A stretch of 64,000 nt of DNA from Thermodesulfobacteriota bacterium (GCA_963675595.2 CAXXLZ010000002.1:3040001-3104000); one strand, 5' to 3'; counted from the first letter of the stretch, positions 19,227 to 32,449 are shown. Notes: a model not told the origin generated them from the sequence alone. Translations and numbers: made by a program.

Positions 19227-20537
19227 ATGCTGGACTGGCAGACTCTCTGCACTGAAATCAGCCGAATCCTACCTGCGGAAGAATCTCCGGCGGCTCTTCA
19301 TTCTCTTACTCCCATCCGGATCGAGCACGATCTGATCCTGCTCGAGTCTCCCACCGATTCCCAAAAAACGATTTTTCTCGGCCGATACGGTCCCGCTTTG
19401 GAAAAAGCTCTCAAAAACCTGGGAATGGATCACATTCAAATTCGCTTCCAAGTCCGCTTTCCGGACAAGCCCGTCATTGATGACCGAACAGCTTCCATTC
19501 ATGCCCGGTCTTCCTCTTTTTCCGCTCCACTGAACCCGGCCTTCACGTTTTCTTCTTTCATCGAGGACTCATGCAACTCTCTCTGCCTGCAGGTTGGAAA
19601 ACAAACGGCCGCGTTCAAAGATACTCCGTATAATCCTTTTCTCGTCATCGGCGGCGGCGGTTGTGGAAAAACGCATCTCCTTCAGGCCATTGCGAACGAA
19701 GTCATGATCTCCTCTCCTCAACGTCGAGCCTGCTACCTTTCCGCATCCGAATTCTCGACTTCTTTGGAAATGTGCATTAAGTCCGGTATGCCTGAAAGCC
19801 TCAGATCGTCCATTCTTAAGAGCGACCTATTTCTTCTCGACGACATCGAGAAACTCGCCCATCATCGAAAGGCTCAAGACGAGTTTATTGTCATTTTCAA
19901 CGAGTTATATGATTATGGAAAACACATCGTGCTTTCCTCCGGCTCCTTGCCTAAAGAGATATCGGGATTGGACGAGCGCCTCAGGTCTCGACTCGGCTGG
20001 GGACTCGTAGCTGAAATTTGCACCCCGAGTTCCGCCCTGAAAAAACAAATTCTCCTCAACGCATGCGAAGCGGAGGGCATCCGGCTTTCCGAGGAGATCA
20101 TCTCATATTTGCTGGACCACCCCGATTCAAGCATCCTATTCCTGGAACGAATCGTGGTCCGCCTTGCCGCCCGCCTTTCTCTTTCTCAAGAAGCGCCGGA
20201 TCTGAATCTGGTGGTCAAATTGCTCAACGAGGAGGAGACGTCCGGAAGGAAGGATATCGGTGAAACCGTTCGGAGCGCGGTAATGAAATATTTCGGTGTC
20301 TCCGAGGAAGACCTCGATTCAAGCCGTAAGAACCGAGACGTCGTTTTCGCGCGCCAAACGGCCATGTATCTCATTAGGCGTCTGTCCGACGCCTCCTTTG
20401 CCGCCATTGCCCACCGTTTCGGGGGGAAAGATCATTCCACGGTTGTGAGGGCCTGCAAAAGGATCGCTGATCTCCAGGATCGAGATATTCAAGTTAAAGA
20501 AATTATTGATAAACTTATGAAGATGACTCAGATCTGA
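19227..20537 (+). CDS. dnaA: Chromosomal replication initiator DnaA (divergent)
   Basis: LNPAFTF, YNPF, Walker A GGGGCGKTHLL, Walker B LLDDI, RLRSRLGWG, domain IV ARQTAMYL...GGKDHSTV; directly upstream of dnaN. Confidence 0.88.
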   Translation: MLDWQTLCTEISRILPAEESPAALHSLTPIRIEHDLILLESPTDSQKTIFLGRYGPALEKALKNLGMDHIQIRFQVRFPDKPVIDDRTASIHARSSSFSAPLNPAFTFSSFIEDSCNSLCLQVGKQTAAFKDTPYNPFLVIGGGGCGKTHLLQAIANEVMISSPQRRACYLSASEFSTSLEMCIKSGMPESLRSSILKSDLFLLDDIEKLAHHRKAQDEFIVIFNELYDYGKHIVLSSGSLPKEISGLDERLRSRLGWGLVAEICTPSSALKKQILLNACEAEGIRLSEEIISYLLDHPDSSILFLERIVVRLAARLSLSQEAPDLNLVVKLLNEEETSGRKDIGETVRSAVMKYFGVSEEDLDSSRKNRDVVFARQTAMYLIRRLSDASFAAIAHRFGGKDHSTVVRACKRIADLQDRDIQVKEIIDKLMKMTQI

Positions 20538-20774
20538 CAGAGAGGTCGGTTTGATTTCCGCATGGATTCTCACTATTGTGGCTCACCTGTGATTTTCTTT
20601 TTCGGAAATGATTTTTCTGAGAATTCGGTGATCGAACGATAAGGAACCGATGAATTTCCAAGAACGTGAAGAGTTCATAACCGGCTTATAAAATTAGAGA
20701 AAATTAGTTACTGAATATCACACATCCCTTATATATATTATTAACTTCCTTACTTCTATTTTAGGAGAGCATAC
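20538..20774. other. Putative oriC (dnaA-dnaN intergenic region with AT-rich DUE and DnaA-trio-like tract)
   Basis: Position between dnaA and dnaN; TATCACACA-TCCC-TTATATATATTATTAACTTCCTTACTTCTATT resembles the box + GC + trio basal unwinding motif. Only degenerate DnaA boxes are present. Confidence 0.65.
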
Positions 20775-21896
20775 ATGGAGTTCCTGATCAATCGAAGTCG
20801 GTTCGTCAGAACATTGAGCATGGTTCAATCCATCGCAGAACGAAAATCCAGCATGCCCATCCTTTCCCATGTTTGCTTGTCTGCTCGAAATAATGAGGTA
20901 ATGGCGGAAGCCACGGATCTCGAAGTGGGATTTCAAGGGACTTGCGAAGCCGAAGTAAAGGCCGAAGGCACCCTGGCGGTGCCTGCGAGAAAGCTTTTTG
21001 AAATCGTTCGTGAAATCGCTTCGGAGACCATTCGCTTTGAAGGCGCGGAAAGCAAATGGGTGACTATTTCCGGGGCATCGGCTAGTTTCAAACTGTTCGG
21101 ACTTCCCGCCGAAGATTTTCCGGGGGTACCCAAGTTCGAACAACTCAATACCGTCGAGGTGGAAGCGGCTGAGCTGCATCGCATGATCGAGTTCACACTG
21201 TTCGCAGCCGCCGTGGATGATACTCCGCCTTATTACACTAGCGGAATCTATGCTGAGAAGATTCCGGAAGAGGAAGGTTCCGGGCTTCGGATGGTAGCCA
21301 CCGACGGCCATCGACTCAGTATGGTGGATCGATCCCTTTCGGGCGTGAACGATCTGGATTTCGATGCGGGAGTGGTGATATCAAGGAAGGGAATTACGGA
21401 GGTTCGGCATCTTCTGGAAGAGTCCGAGAAAGTCAAGCTCGGCCTCAGCAAGGAAGCGGGGGTTGTGATGTCGGATCATTCCATTGTGTCGCTCAGGCTC
21501 CTGGCCGGCAAATATCCCAATTATCGCGTTGCCGTACATTCGGATGAGCCTATCAAAGTGGAGGCCGAGCGACGACCTTTGCTGGAGATGCTTCGAAGAG
21601 TGCAGATCATGACCACCGAGAGGTATCGGGGGGTGCGCATGGAACTGCTTCCCGATAGTCTCGAACTCTTTCTGAACAATCCCGAAGTGGGAGACGCTCA
21701 TGAAGCGATGAAGATTACGTATCGCCATGAACCCATGAAGATAGGGTTTAATCCTAAATACTTCATCGATGTGCTGAGCATCATGGAGAGCGAGAAAGTC
21801 ACTCTGGGATTTCTCGATATGGAACACGGCTGTTCCATTCGAGGAGAAGCCGATGCCGGTTTTGTGGGGCTGGTCATGCCCATGCAACTCGCCTGA
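20775..21896 (+). CDS. dnaN: DNA polymerase III beta sliding clamp
   Basis: MPILS, ATDLE, ATDGHRL, GKYPNY, IGFNPKY, VMPMQL; 373 aa. Confidence 0.97.
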   Translation: MEFLINRSRFVRTLSMVQSIAERKSSMPILSHVCLSARNNEVMAEATDLEVGFQGTCEAEVKAEGTLAVPARKLFEIVREIASETIRFEGAESKWVTISGASASFKLFGLPAEDFPGVPKFEQLNTVEVEAAELHRMIEFTLFAAAVDDTPPYYTSGIYAEKIPEEEGSGLRMVATDGHRLSMVDRSLSGVNDLDFDAGVVISRKGITEVRHLLEESEKVKLGLSKEAGVVMSDHSIVSLRLLAGKYPNYRVAVHSDEPIKVEAERRPLLEMLRRVQIMTTERYRGVRMELLPDSLELFLNNPEVGDAHEAMKITYRHEPMKIGFNPKYFIDVLSIMESEKVTLGFLDMEHGCSIRGEADAGFVGLVMPMQLA

Positions 21897-21940
21897 CATG
21901 AAGAAATCCCGTTATAATTTATCAAGGAGGCGCGACCTGA

Positions 21941-24345
<2,405 letters not shown>

Positions 24346-24346
<1 letters not shown>

Positions 24347-24735
24347 TGTTTCGTTTTAGAATGGGAGCACTGTGGATCAGGCGCGTAGTCGTGATCTGTT
24401 GTTGGTTGTATGGCGCTCTCTCCCTGGCGGGGAGCTTTGGATGCGCCGCCGTGGTGATGGGGGGAGCCGCAGCGGCCGGAGCTTATGTGGTGGCCAACGA
24501 CGAGCGTTCCGTGGAAGCGCAAATCGATGATTCCGCCGTGGTTCTCGAAATCACCGAACGATTCGTTCGGGACCCCGATGTGAGTACGTTGCATATCGAC
24601 GTCACCGCCGTTCAAGGATTGGTGACTCTAAAGGGTGATATCCCCGATGAGGGGCGAATGGAAAAAGTCCTTCAGATTACCGGCAGCGTACCGGGCGTGC
24701 ATATCGTCAAGAACGAAATGCAGATTAAGAACTAA
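24346..24735 (+). CDS. Single BON-domain lipoprotein
   Basis: Lipobox-like SFGC, Gly/Ala zipper, DERS..QIDD..., IDV...GLVTLKG, VPGV..VKNEM; TGATG overlap with gyrB. Confidence 0.75.
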
Positions 24736-24861
24736 TCGCCGAAACTCCTTTCTCGTTTCGAGATTCGGCCGTCCCACGCCGTGGGACGGGTTCTCTCCAT
24801 CCCGGCTTTCTTCCGAACATCGACACAAATCTTACTGAAGCAAACAAAGGAATATCGTCCC

Positions 24862-27303
24862 ATGGACGGCATCGAACAACAACTCGTAAAAGTCAGTATA
24901 GAAGACGAAATCAAACGTTCCTACATGGACTATGCCATGAGCGTCATCATCGGTCGCGCTCTTCCCGACGTGAGGGACGGCTTAAAGCCGGTGCATCGTC
25001 GAGTGCTCTTCAGCATGATGGAACTGGGGAACGATTGGAACAAGCCCTATAAGAAATCCGCCAGGGTGGTCGGCGACGTAATCGGTAAGTATCACCCCCA
25101 CGGCGACTCGGCCGTTTACGACACGCTCGTACGTCTCGCTCAGACCTTTTCCATGCGGTATCCCCTGGTGGACGGTCAGGGCAACTTCGGCTCCATTGAC
25201 GGAGACAGCGCGGCGGCCATGCGTTACACCGAGGTCCGCATGGCTAAACTCGCGAATGAGTTCTTGGCGGACATCGAAAAAGACACGGTGGATTTCGATC
25301 CCAATTATGACAGCACCCTCGTGGAGCCCGTGGTCTTTCCCACCAAGGTACCCAATCTTCTGGTGAACGGAAGTTCCGGGATCGCCGTGGGAATGGCCAC
25401 CAACATTCCTCCTCATAACCTGGGAGAAGTGGTTGATGCGCTGCTCGCCTATATCGAACGACCCGACATTACGGTGGATGAACTGCTCCGGGTGTTGCCC
25501 GGGCCGGACTTCCCCACCCACGGCTTCTTATACGGTTCCAGCGGTATCAGGGAAGCTTACGAAACGGGCCGGGGTTCCATACAAATCCGAGCCCGGGCCC
25601 GCATCGAAAGCGTAGCGAAGAAGGGTCGAGAGCAGATCGTGGTGACGGAGATTCCCTACCAGGTGAATAAGACGCGTCTCCTCGAGAAGATTGTGGAACT
25701 CATCAAGAGTAAGAAAGTCACCGGAATTCAGGACATCAGAGACGAATCCGACCGGGAAGGCATGCGCATCGTTTTGGAGCTCAAACGGGATGAACTCCCT
25801 GAAATCGTTCTCAATCAGCTCTACAAGTTCACTCAGATGCAAGTTTCTTTCGGGATCATCATGCTGGCCATTGTGGACCGCCGGCCGGAGGTCCTGAGTC
25901 TCAAATCCATTCTTCGGCATTTCGTTTCTCACCGAAAAGAAGTCGTCATTCGCAGGACCATTTACGATCTGAACCAGGCGGAAGAGCGGGCCCACATCCT
26001 CGAAGGTCTCAAGAAGGCGCTGGACCATCTGGATGAAGTGATCGCCTTGATACGAGCCTCTTCCAGCGTGGCCGAAGCACGCACGGGCCTCATGAACACG
26101 TTTGGGTTCAGCGAAAGGCAAGCCACGGCCATTCTGGAAATGCGTCTCCAACGACTTACCGGAATGGAGCGCGACAAGATCGACCGCGAGTACGAAGAGC
26201 TGCTCGAAAAAATCGCGTATTTCAAAAGAATCCTTGGGGATGAGCAACTTGTGCTGGATATTATCTCCGAAGAACTTCGGGAATTGAAAAAGAGCTATTC
26301 CGAACCTCGTCGAACCGAAATCATCCCCGAAACCAAAGACCTGGATCCCAGGGACCTGATTGCCGACGAAGAAATGGTCGTGACCATCAGCCATCGGGGA
26401 TACATCAAAAGGAACGCCATCAGTATCTATCACAGCCAGCGTCGAGGAGGACGGGGAAAGACGGGCATGGAGACCGTCTCCGAAGACTTTGTCGAACATC
26501 TTTTCATTGGTTCCACTCACGATACGTTCATGTTTTTCACGAACCTCGGCAAAGTATACTGGCTTACGGTTCATGAGATCCCCGAAGCGGGGCGTGTGGC
26601 CAAGGGCAAAGCTTTGGTGAACCTCCTGCCTTTGCAGCAGGGAGAGCATCTCGCCACCATCCTTAACGTCACTTCCTTCGAGGACGACCGATACGTTCTC
26701 CTCGCCACTCGCAAGGGCCTCGTTAAAAAAACGTCTTTATCCGCTTTTGCCAACCGCCGGACCAATGGAATCATCGCCATTCAGATCGACGAAGCCGATG
26801 AGGTAATCGCGGCCCGCATTACGGACGGCAAAGAGGATGTTCTCCTTGGTTCGGCCAAAGGAAAAGCCATTCGGTTCCAGGAATCGGAAGTACGGGGCAT
26901 GGGAAGAACTGCGCGGGGTGTTATCGGAATGAGGATCGACGACCAAGATCGCGTTGTTTCCCTACAAATCCTTGATCCGGATAAGGAACAGACCATTCTT
27001 ACCGTCACTGAGAACGGGTTCGGAAAGAGAACTCGACAAGAGGACTACCGGCGCCAGGGACGCGGAGGGCAGGGTGTCATCGATATCCGCACTTCACCCA
27101 GAAACGGGGATGTGATCGGAATGGTGACCGTGACGGACGAGGACGATATCATGTTGATCACGAATCGTGGTATTACCATTCGATTGAGAGTCCGAGAAAT
27201 CAGTGTCATAGGACGTGCCACCCAGGGAGTTAGATTGAAGACAGTGGAAGACGGTGAGTGGGTGGTCAGCGTTGCTCACCTGGCGGAAAATGGAGAAGAC
27301 TGA
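24862..27303 (+). CDS. gyrA: DNA gyrase subunit A
   Basis: [25 protein letters not shown], GyrA-box QRRGGRG. Probable start is ATG at 24862. Confidence 0.98.
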   Translation: MDGIEQQLVKVSIEDEIKRSYMDYAMSVIIGRALPDVRDGLKPVHRRVLFSMMELGNDWNKPYKKSARVVGDVIGKYHPHGDSAVYDTLVRLAQTFSMRYPLVDGQGNFGSIDGDSAAAMRYTEVRMAKLANEFLADIEKDTVDFDPNYDSTLVEPVVFPTKVPNLLVNGSSGIAVGMATNIPPHNLGEVVDALLAYIERPDITVDELLRVLPGPDFPTHGFLYGSSGIREAYETGRGSIQIRARARIESVAKKGREQIVVTEIPYQVNKTRLLEKIVELIKSKKVTGIQDIRDESDREGMRIVLELKRDELPEIVLNQLYKFTQMQVSFGIIMLAIVDRRPEVLSLKSILRHFVSHRKEVVIRRTIYDLNQAEERAHILEGLKKALDHLDEVIALIRASSSVAEARTGLMNTFGFSERQATAILEMRLQRLTGMERDKIDREYEELLEKIAYFKRILGDEQLVLDIISEELRELKKSYSEPRRTEIIPETKDLDPRDLIADEEMVVTISHRGYIKRNAISIYHSQRRGGRGKTGMETVSEDFVEHLFIGSTHDTFMFFTNLGKVYWLTVHEIPEAGRVAKGKALVNLLPLQQGEHLATILNVTSFEDDRYVLLATRKGLVKKTSLSAFANRRTNGIIAIQIDEADEVIAARITDGKEDVLLGSAKGKAIRFQESEVRGMGRTARGVIGMRIDDQDRVVSLQILDPDKEQTILTVTENGFGKRTRQEDYRRQGRGGQGVIDIRTSPRNGDVIGMVTVTDEDDIMLITNRGITIRLRVREISVIGRATQGVRLKTVEDGEWVVSVAHLAENGED

Positions 27304-27307
27304 GATC

Positions 27308-28330
27308 ATGAAACCTGCAATCGGAGTCATCGGTGCCGGAAGCTGGGGAACCGCCCTTGCCAATCTTCTCGCCCTGAACGGCCATGACGTCCACTTGTGG
27401 GTGTTCGAGGAGCCGGTTTTGAAGGAAATTCGAGACCATGGGGAGAACAAGACATTCTTGCCCGGAATCCGGCTCGAACCCAACATTCGTCCAACGGGAG
27501 ACCTGGCGGAAGCCGCTTCCCGGAAGGATATCCTGCTCTTGGTAGTCCCTTCCCACGTCTATCGGGGGGTCGTGAGACAAGCAGCCTCCTCAGTGGACCA
27601 ACATTGTGTGGTTGCCAGCGCGGCCAAGGGCATCGAGAATGACTCCCTCGATCTGATGTCCGAAGTGTTGGATCAGGAACTCAGCCATCGTGTCGCGTCC
27701 AGGCATTGCTTTCTTTCCGGACCCAGTTTCGCTCGAGAGGTGGCCGCCAAGCTGCCGACCGCCGTCACGGCGGCTTCCCACTCTCATGAAGCTGCGAGCC
27801 TTATTCAAAAGGTTTTCTCCAACGAATTCTTTCGAGTGTACACTTCCCAGGACGTGGTCGGCGTGGAACTCGGCGGAGCGGTGAAGAACGTCGTCGCCAT
27901 CGCCGCCGGAGCCTGCCAGGGTCTGGAACTCGGGCAAAATACCCTTGCCGCTCTGATCACCAGGGGGTTGGCCGAAATGACGCGTCTCGGGATAGCCATG
28001 GGAGCCAATCCACTATCGTTTGCGGGTCTGGCGGGTATCGGCGATTTGGTTCTGACCTGCACCAGCGGCATGAGTAGAAATCAGTCCGTTGGATTCAAAC
28101 TCGGCCGGGGTATGACCCTCGCGGAAATTCTAAAGGATATGGTCATGGTGGCGGAGGGAGTGAGAACTTCCATATCCATCCATGATCTGTCCCATAAACA
28201 CGGCATCGAAATGCCCATTTGTGAACAGGTCTACCGTATCCTGTACAAAGACAAATCCCCCATGGAAGCGGTCAAGGAGCTCATGACACGTGAGCTCAAG
28301 TCCGAATTTTCCGGAATTGAGGCCCTATAA
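27308..28330 (+). CDS. gpsA: NAD(P)H-dependent glycerol-3-phosphate dehydrogenase
   Basis: GAGSWGTA, KGIE, SGPSFA, GGAVKNV, GDLVLTC..SRN. Confidence 0.96.
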   Translation: MKPAIGVIGAGSWGTALANLLALNGHDVHLWVFEEPVLKEIRDHGENKTFLPGIRLEPNIRPTGDLAEAASRKDILLLVVPSHVYRGVVRQAASSVDQHCVVASAAKGIENDSLDLMSEVLDQELSHRVASRHCFLSGPSFAREVAAKLPTAVTAASHSHEAASLIQKVFSNEFFRVYTSQDVVGVELGGAVKNVVAIAAGACQGLELGQNTLAALITRGLAEMTRLGIAMGANPLSFAGLAGIGDLVLTCTSGMSRNQSVGFKLGRGMTLAEILKDMVMVAEGVRTSISIHDLSHKHGIEMPICEQVYRILYKDKSPMEAVKELMTRELKSEFSGIEAL

Positions 28331-28406
28331 GGGAGTTTCCCGGTCAACCATCCGCAGTTCAGTCCTCTCGGAACCCATCCATTGAAAATACAAGGGAGAA
28401 AGCCCC

Positions 28407-30140
28407 ATGACTCTCGCTCTGAAGCCCCGGCCGAAGAAGCGCGCGCGGAAGATAGTTTTTGTGTCTTTCGAGACGGAATTTTCGCCTTTCGGCGGTCTCA
28501 CGGCGGTTATGAAGATCCTTCCCAAAATGATGACCCGTTTTGAAACAAACGGATGTTTCACCATCGCACCCTATTTCCGGAATATAACCCGGTGCCGCGA
28601 ACATCTCTTTCTTGAGGTTCGAGACACCGGTCTTCGTCTTCAGATACCTTTCGACGGGGTTGGACACGAAGCGAGCCTTTATGTGCACACGGACTCGAAA
28701 GGATTCGAAACATTTCTGGTCTATTCCCCTTCTTTTTTTCAGTCGCCTTGTGATTGCGGCAATCCTCCGGCTCCCGAGGCTCCCTGCAATCCCTATTGGG
28801 ACCCCTCGAAACCCGAACAACTCCTTCAGGATGCTTTGTTCTTCTGTGCGGCCGTTCCCAAGGTTCTCGTGGCGCTGAAGCGGACTCAGAACCTGGTGGT
28901 TCATCTTCAGGATTGGCAGAGTTCTTTGGCTGTTTTCACGTTGAGGCAGGAGCCGGCCATAGGTTCGTGTTCGTGCCTGCTGACGCTTCACAATCCCTAC
29001 GATACGGTTATAGACGACTACCAGTTTCGAAAGATCTGCGATGAGCCGGTGTTTCACGGAACCGCTCTCACCCGGGCCATACCTTTCATGGACGGCCCGT
29101 TGTCCACAGTGTCCGAAAACTTCGGCCAAGAGCTCACCGGAGAGGTTCTGCACACCGAAGTCTATGCTCCCCACCTTCAGGAATTCTTCCGTTCGAAAGG
29201 GTTGATCGGCGTCAACAACGGTTCGTTTCTGGAGCACGATTTCCCGCAAGAGCTTCTAAATGCTGCGGATCAGGGAGATCTGGAGCCACTGCACGAAGAA
29301 AAGCGGAAGCGAAGGAAGCGGCTGGACAAGAGCCTTCTAAATAGTCCGCTCTCGGGTGCATGGGGACGCCTTGATCTGGAAGGATATGAAGGTCCCATCT
29401 TTTTCATGTTTGGACGCGATGATCCCAGGCAAAAGGGATACGATCTCGCCGCCGCAGCAGTCTATCGAATGGAACCGCGAAGTGCCCGATTCATTTTCGC
29501 TCCCATTCCGGGGGAGGAGCAGTTGGAGGGACTCAACTTTTTGAACAAGCTGGCTACCGAACATCGGGTTGGGGAGGTCCTTGTGTTTCCATATCGCGTG
29601 GAGCCCGAGTTGTATGGAAATCTTCTGCAGGGCGCTTCTTTTCTCTTTATGCCCTCCCTTTACGAACCGTTCGGCGGGTCCACGGAAGGGTACGCCTCCG
29701 GAACTCCGGTGGTAGCCAGGGCCACCGGAGGACTGGTGCAGCAAGTGGTTCCAAGAAGAGGAAAATCGTTCAGCCATGCGGTTTCCTGGAGGGCTTCAAG
29801 ATTCCACGGACCATCCGCTCCCTCCACTGGATTCCTTTTTCGTGAACCGGATATGGAACCGTGGGAGACGACCGCCGGCTGGAGGGGAATCGTGGAATGT
29901 TCCTACCAACGTCAGACGCCTAGAGGAAGCAGAGTCCAGGACCGCCTAAGGTTCAGGCTGTTCGACGGCATGGTTCAGGAGGCCGCCTGGACTTTGCAGG
30001 AAGCCATAGAAATCTATGAACGGTATCCAATGACCTATGTTCGAATGATTCGTAACGGTATCGCCATGTTGGAGAACTTCCCCTGGGAACGCTCGGTCAG
30101 GGATTACCAGAGGTTATACGACATGGTCACCGATATTTAG
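28407..30140 (+). CDS. Glycogen/starch synthase-like GT-B glycosyltransferase (divergent)
   Basis: FxSxE...GGL, HLQDW, TLHN, TVS, GRDDPRQKG, PSLYEPFG, TGGL. Confidence 0.75.
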   Translation: MTLALKPRPKKRARKIVFVSFETEFSPFGGLTAVMKILPKMMTRFETNGCFTIAPYFRNITRCREHLFLEVRDTGLRLQIPFDGVGHEASLYVHTDSKGFETFLVYSPSFFQSPCDCGNPPAPEAPCNPYWDPSKPEQLLQDALFFCAAVPKVLVALKRTQNLVVHLQDWQSSLAVFTLRQEPAIGSCSCLLTLHNPYDTVIDDYQFRKICDEPVFHGTALTRAIPFMDGPLSTVSENFGQELTGEVLHTEVYAPHLQEFFRSKGLIGVNNGSFLEHDFPQELLNAADQGDLEPLHEEKRKRRKRLDKSLLNSPLSGAWGRLDLEGYEGPIFFMFGRDDPRQKGYDLAAAAVYRMEPRSARFIFAPIPGEEQLEGLNFLNKLATEHRVGEVLVFPYRVEPELYGNLLQGASFLFMPSLYEPFGGSTEGYASGTPVVARATGGLVQQVVPRRGKSFSHAVSWRASRFHGPSAPSTGFLFREPDMEPWETTAGWRGIVECSYQRQTPRGSRVQDRLRFRLFDGMVQEAAWTLQEAIEIYERYPMTYVRMIRNGIAMLENFPWERSVRDYQRLYDMVTDI

Positions 30141-30165
30141 GACTGGTTCTTCAGTAACAACCCCA

Positions 30166-31425
30166 ATGAGCGGAAAGGAAGGAATAATGAGAAAGTATTT
30201 GCCGTTAGGGGCCGTGGCGCTCCTGTTGCTGTTCACCTTGGGCTGCGGAGGAATGCTTGCTCGCGACGCTTTTCAGCCTGTGGACTTGAACCCCGAATGG
30301 GGAACGGGCCGATGGGTCAAGAAGGTCGACCAGTTTGCGGTGATCCTGGATTCCTCCATGTCCATGGCGGGCGACTGCCGCGCGCAGGGTAAGTTTGACC
30401 GTGCACACGCATTGGTCGGCCGTTTGAACCAAACCATTCCCGAGATGGAACTGACGAGTGAGTTGCGAACCTTCGGTGCGGGCACCAGGAGATTCGGCAC
30501 TCGGAATCTGCTGGTGTACGGTCCCAAACCCTACTCTTCCGACGAGTTCGCGGCCGCGCTGGACACCATAAGATGGGCCGGAGGCGAGAGTCCCCTTGAC
30601 AAAGCCATAGAGGACGCGTGCGCGGACTTCGCTTCCAGCGAGGGTCGAACCGCCGTCATCATCTTCAGCGATGGGGAACTCATGGACGACGCTCCCAAGA
30701 ACGCCGCGCGAAAGATGGCGGCCCAATTTGGTGATCGCCTCTGCTTTCACACCGTTTTCGTGGGTAACAGCTATAACGGCAAGATTCTGATGGACGAAAT
30801 CGCCGCTGAAGGAAACTGCGGGTCCTCAGTGAACGCGGCGGACATCGCCTCCCCGGAGGGCATGGCGGACTTCGTCAGGAGTGTCTTCTTTGATGACTCC
30901 GGAATCATGGACAGTGACGGAGACGGTGTCCCGGACCATTTGGATCAGTGTCCCGGTACGCCCAAGGGAGTCCGGGTCGATTCCAAAGGATGCCCCATCG
31001 AACCCCGGGACAGTGACGGGGACGGCGTTATCGACGACAAGGACGAGTGTCCGGGAACACCCAAAGGTGCACGAGTCGACGAAAGAGGATGCTGGGTGGT
31101 GGAGAACGTCTTCTTCGACACGGACAAATCCAAAATCAAGCCGCAAGGGTTCAAAGTACTTGACGAAGTGGTTCCGGTCCTGGAACAGAATCCGGATCTG
31201 AAGGTGGAAGTTCAGGGTCATGCCGATATTCGGGGAACCGAGGAGTACAATCGGAAGCTGTCTCTCAGGCGGGCAAACGCCGTAAGGGCCTATCTGGTCA
31301 AGAAAGGCGTCGATGCGGAACGCCTGACGGTGGTGGGTTATGGTTTTTCAAAACCCGCGGCGCCCAACGATACCAAAGAAGGCATGGCGAAAAACCGCCG
31401 AGTTGAATTCATGCCTTTGCCCTAG
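30166..31425 (+). CDS. Lipoprotein VWA + 2x TSP3-like repeat + OmpA domain; paralog of 5917-8775
   Basis: Lipobox TLGC, MIDAS DSSMS...SDG, two DSDGDG..CPGTPKG repeats, VQGHAD...LSLRRA...NRRVEF. Start may be 30187 (MRKY). Confidence 0.9.
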   Translation: MSGKEGIMRKYLPLGAVALLLLFTLGCGGMLARDAFQPVDLNPEWGTGRWVKKVDQFAVILDSSMSMAGDCRAQGKFDRAHALVGRLNQTIPEMELTSELRTFGAGTRRFGTRNLLVYGPKPYSSDEFAAALDTIRWAGGESPLDKAIEDACADFASSEGRTAVIIFSDGELMDDAPKNAARKMAAQFGDRLCFHTVFVGNSYNGKILMDEIAAEGNCGSSVNAADIASPEGMADFVRSVFFDDSGIMDSDGDGVPDHLDQCPGTPKGVRVDSKGCPIEPRDSDGDGVIDDKDECPGTPKGARVDERGCWVVENVFFDTDKSKIKPQGFKVLDEVVPVLEQNPDLKVEVQGHADIRGTEEYNRKLSLRRANAVRAYLVKKGVDAERLTVVGYGFSKPAAPNDTKEGMAKNRRVEFMPLP

Positions 31426-31451
31426 CTCCGACTTAGGCGGCAACGGACAAT

Positions 31452-31490
31452 AAAGGGGAAGCCGATCGCTCAGAGGTTTCCCCTTTTTTT
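31452..31490 (+). terminator. Rho-independent terminator (possibly bidirectional)
   Basis: AAAGGGGAAGCC-loop-GGTTTCCCC followed by a T7 run, between convergent genes. Confidence 0.8.
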
Positions 31491-31505
31491 GTCGTCCCGT
31501 TTCGT

Positions 31506-32408
31506 CTAACGCAGAATAACAACCGAACAGGGGCTGTTTCGAACCATCTCTCCCGACCATCCTTTCGGTGTGAAACGGTTCAGTAAGGATTTCTTACCCA
31601 TCCACAAAGCCGCAAGGTCGGGAGCATCGTCGCTCACAAGGAGCCTGTCGAGCTCCGAGACTTCCTTTAATTGCACAAAGGTTTCTATTCCGCGGGAGGA
31701 GAAATACTCCTGAGTTCGCCACAGTTGTTGATCCACATCATAACGAATTCCCAAGTCCCTTGTGAGGCCCACCAAGCTTAGTCCGGCGGCATGCATCGTC
31801 GCCAACTGATTGACCATTTCCAGGGATTCCTGGCTCACGTTGTCTTCATCCAAGTAACAAGAAATATTCTTGATTTCACGGTCCTCCTTCACCACCATCA
31901 CCGAGCAGCCGGACTCGTCCACCACGCGCTGTGGAACATTCCCCGGATTCTTCCAGGTGCAACCTTCCCCTTTGCCGCATCCGATGATGATCAAGTCGTG
32001 ACCATCCTCTTTGGCTTCCTTGATCAAATTGTCGGCAGGGGGTCCCTGTCTGAGTCTGAGTTTCAGATCCTTGCGTCGCGAACGAATGATTTTCACCTCT
32101 TCAAAAGTCCTATCTTTCACCTCCGCCAGATAGAACTCCACCGATTCCTCGAAATATGGAGCATCTGCCGGACAATGGTCCATGAATATCTTCCAATATC
32201 GACGCAACATGTCCGCTTCCGCGGGAAAACTTGCCGCCGGGTACAAACGATGGCTGGATATTTCTCCGAGTTGCAGCGCTCCTTCCGGTCGTGACGGGAC
32301 CGAGGCCAACATGGTGACGTCCGCCCACACGTTGGAGGCCAATTTGGCGGTTTGCTTGACCGCGAACTCGCTGTAAGTTTGGTCGTCCAAGCCTAGCAGA
32401 ATTCTCAT
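31506..32408 (-). CDS. Tandem universal stress protein (UspA) domain protein
   Basis: MRILLGLD...DLIIIG...VVDESGCSVMVVK; ends MVRNSPCSVVILR. Confidence 0.8.
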   Translation of the reverse strand: MRILLGLDDQTYSEFAVKQTAKLASNVWADVTMLASVPSRPEGALQLGEISSHRLYPAASFPAEADMLRRYWKIFMDHCPADAPYFEESVEFYLAEVKDRTFEEVKIIRSRRKDLKLRLRQGPPADNLIKEAKEDGHDLIIIGCGKGEGCTWKNPGNVPQRVVDESGCSVMVVKEDREIKNISCYLDEDNVSQESLEMVNQLATMHAAGLSLVGLTRDLGIRYDVDQQLWRTQEYFSSRGIETFVQLKEVSELDRLLVSDDAPDLAALWMGKKSLLNRFTPKGWSGEMVRNSPCSVVILR

Positions 32409-32449
32409 GTCTACCTCCTACACACCAGATCCAATCCAATTTGTCGTTG

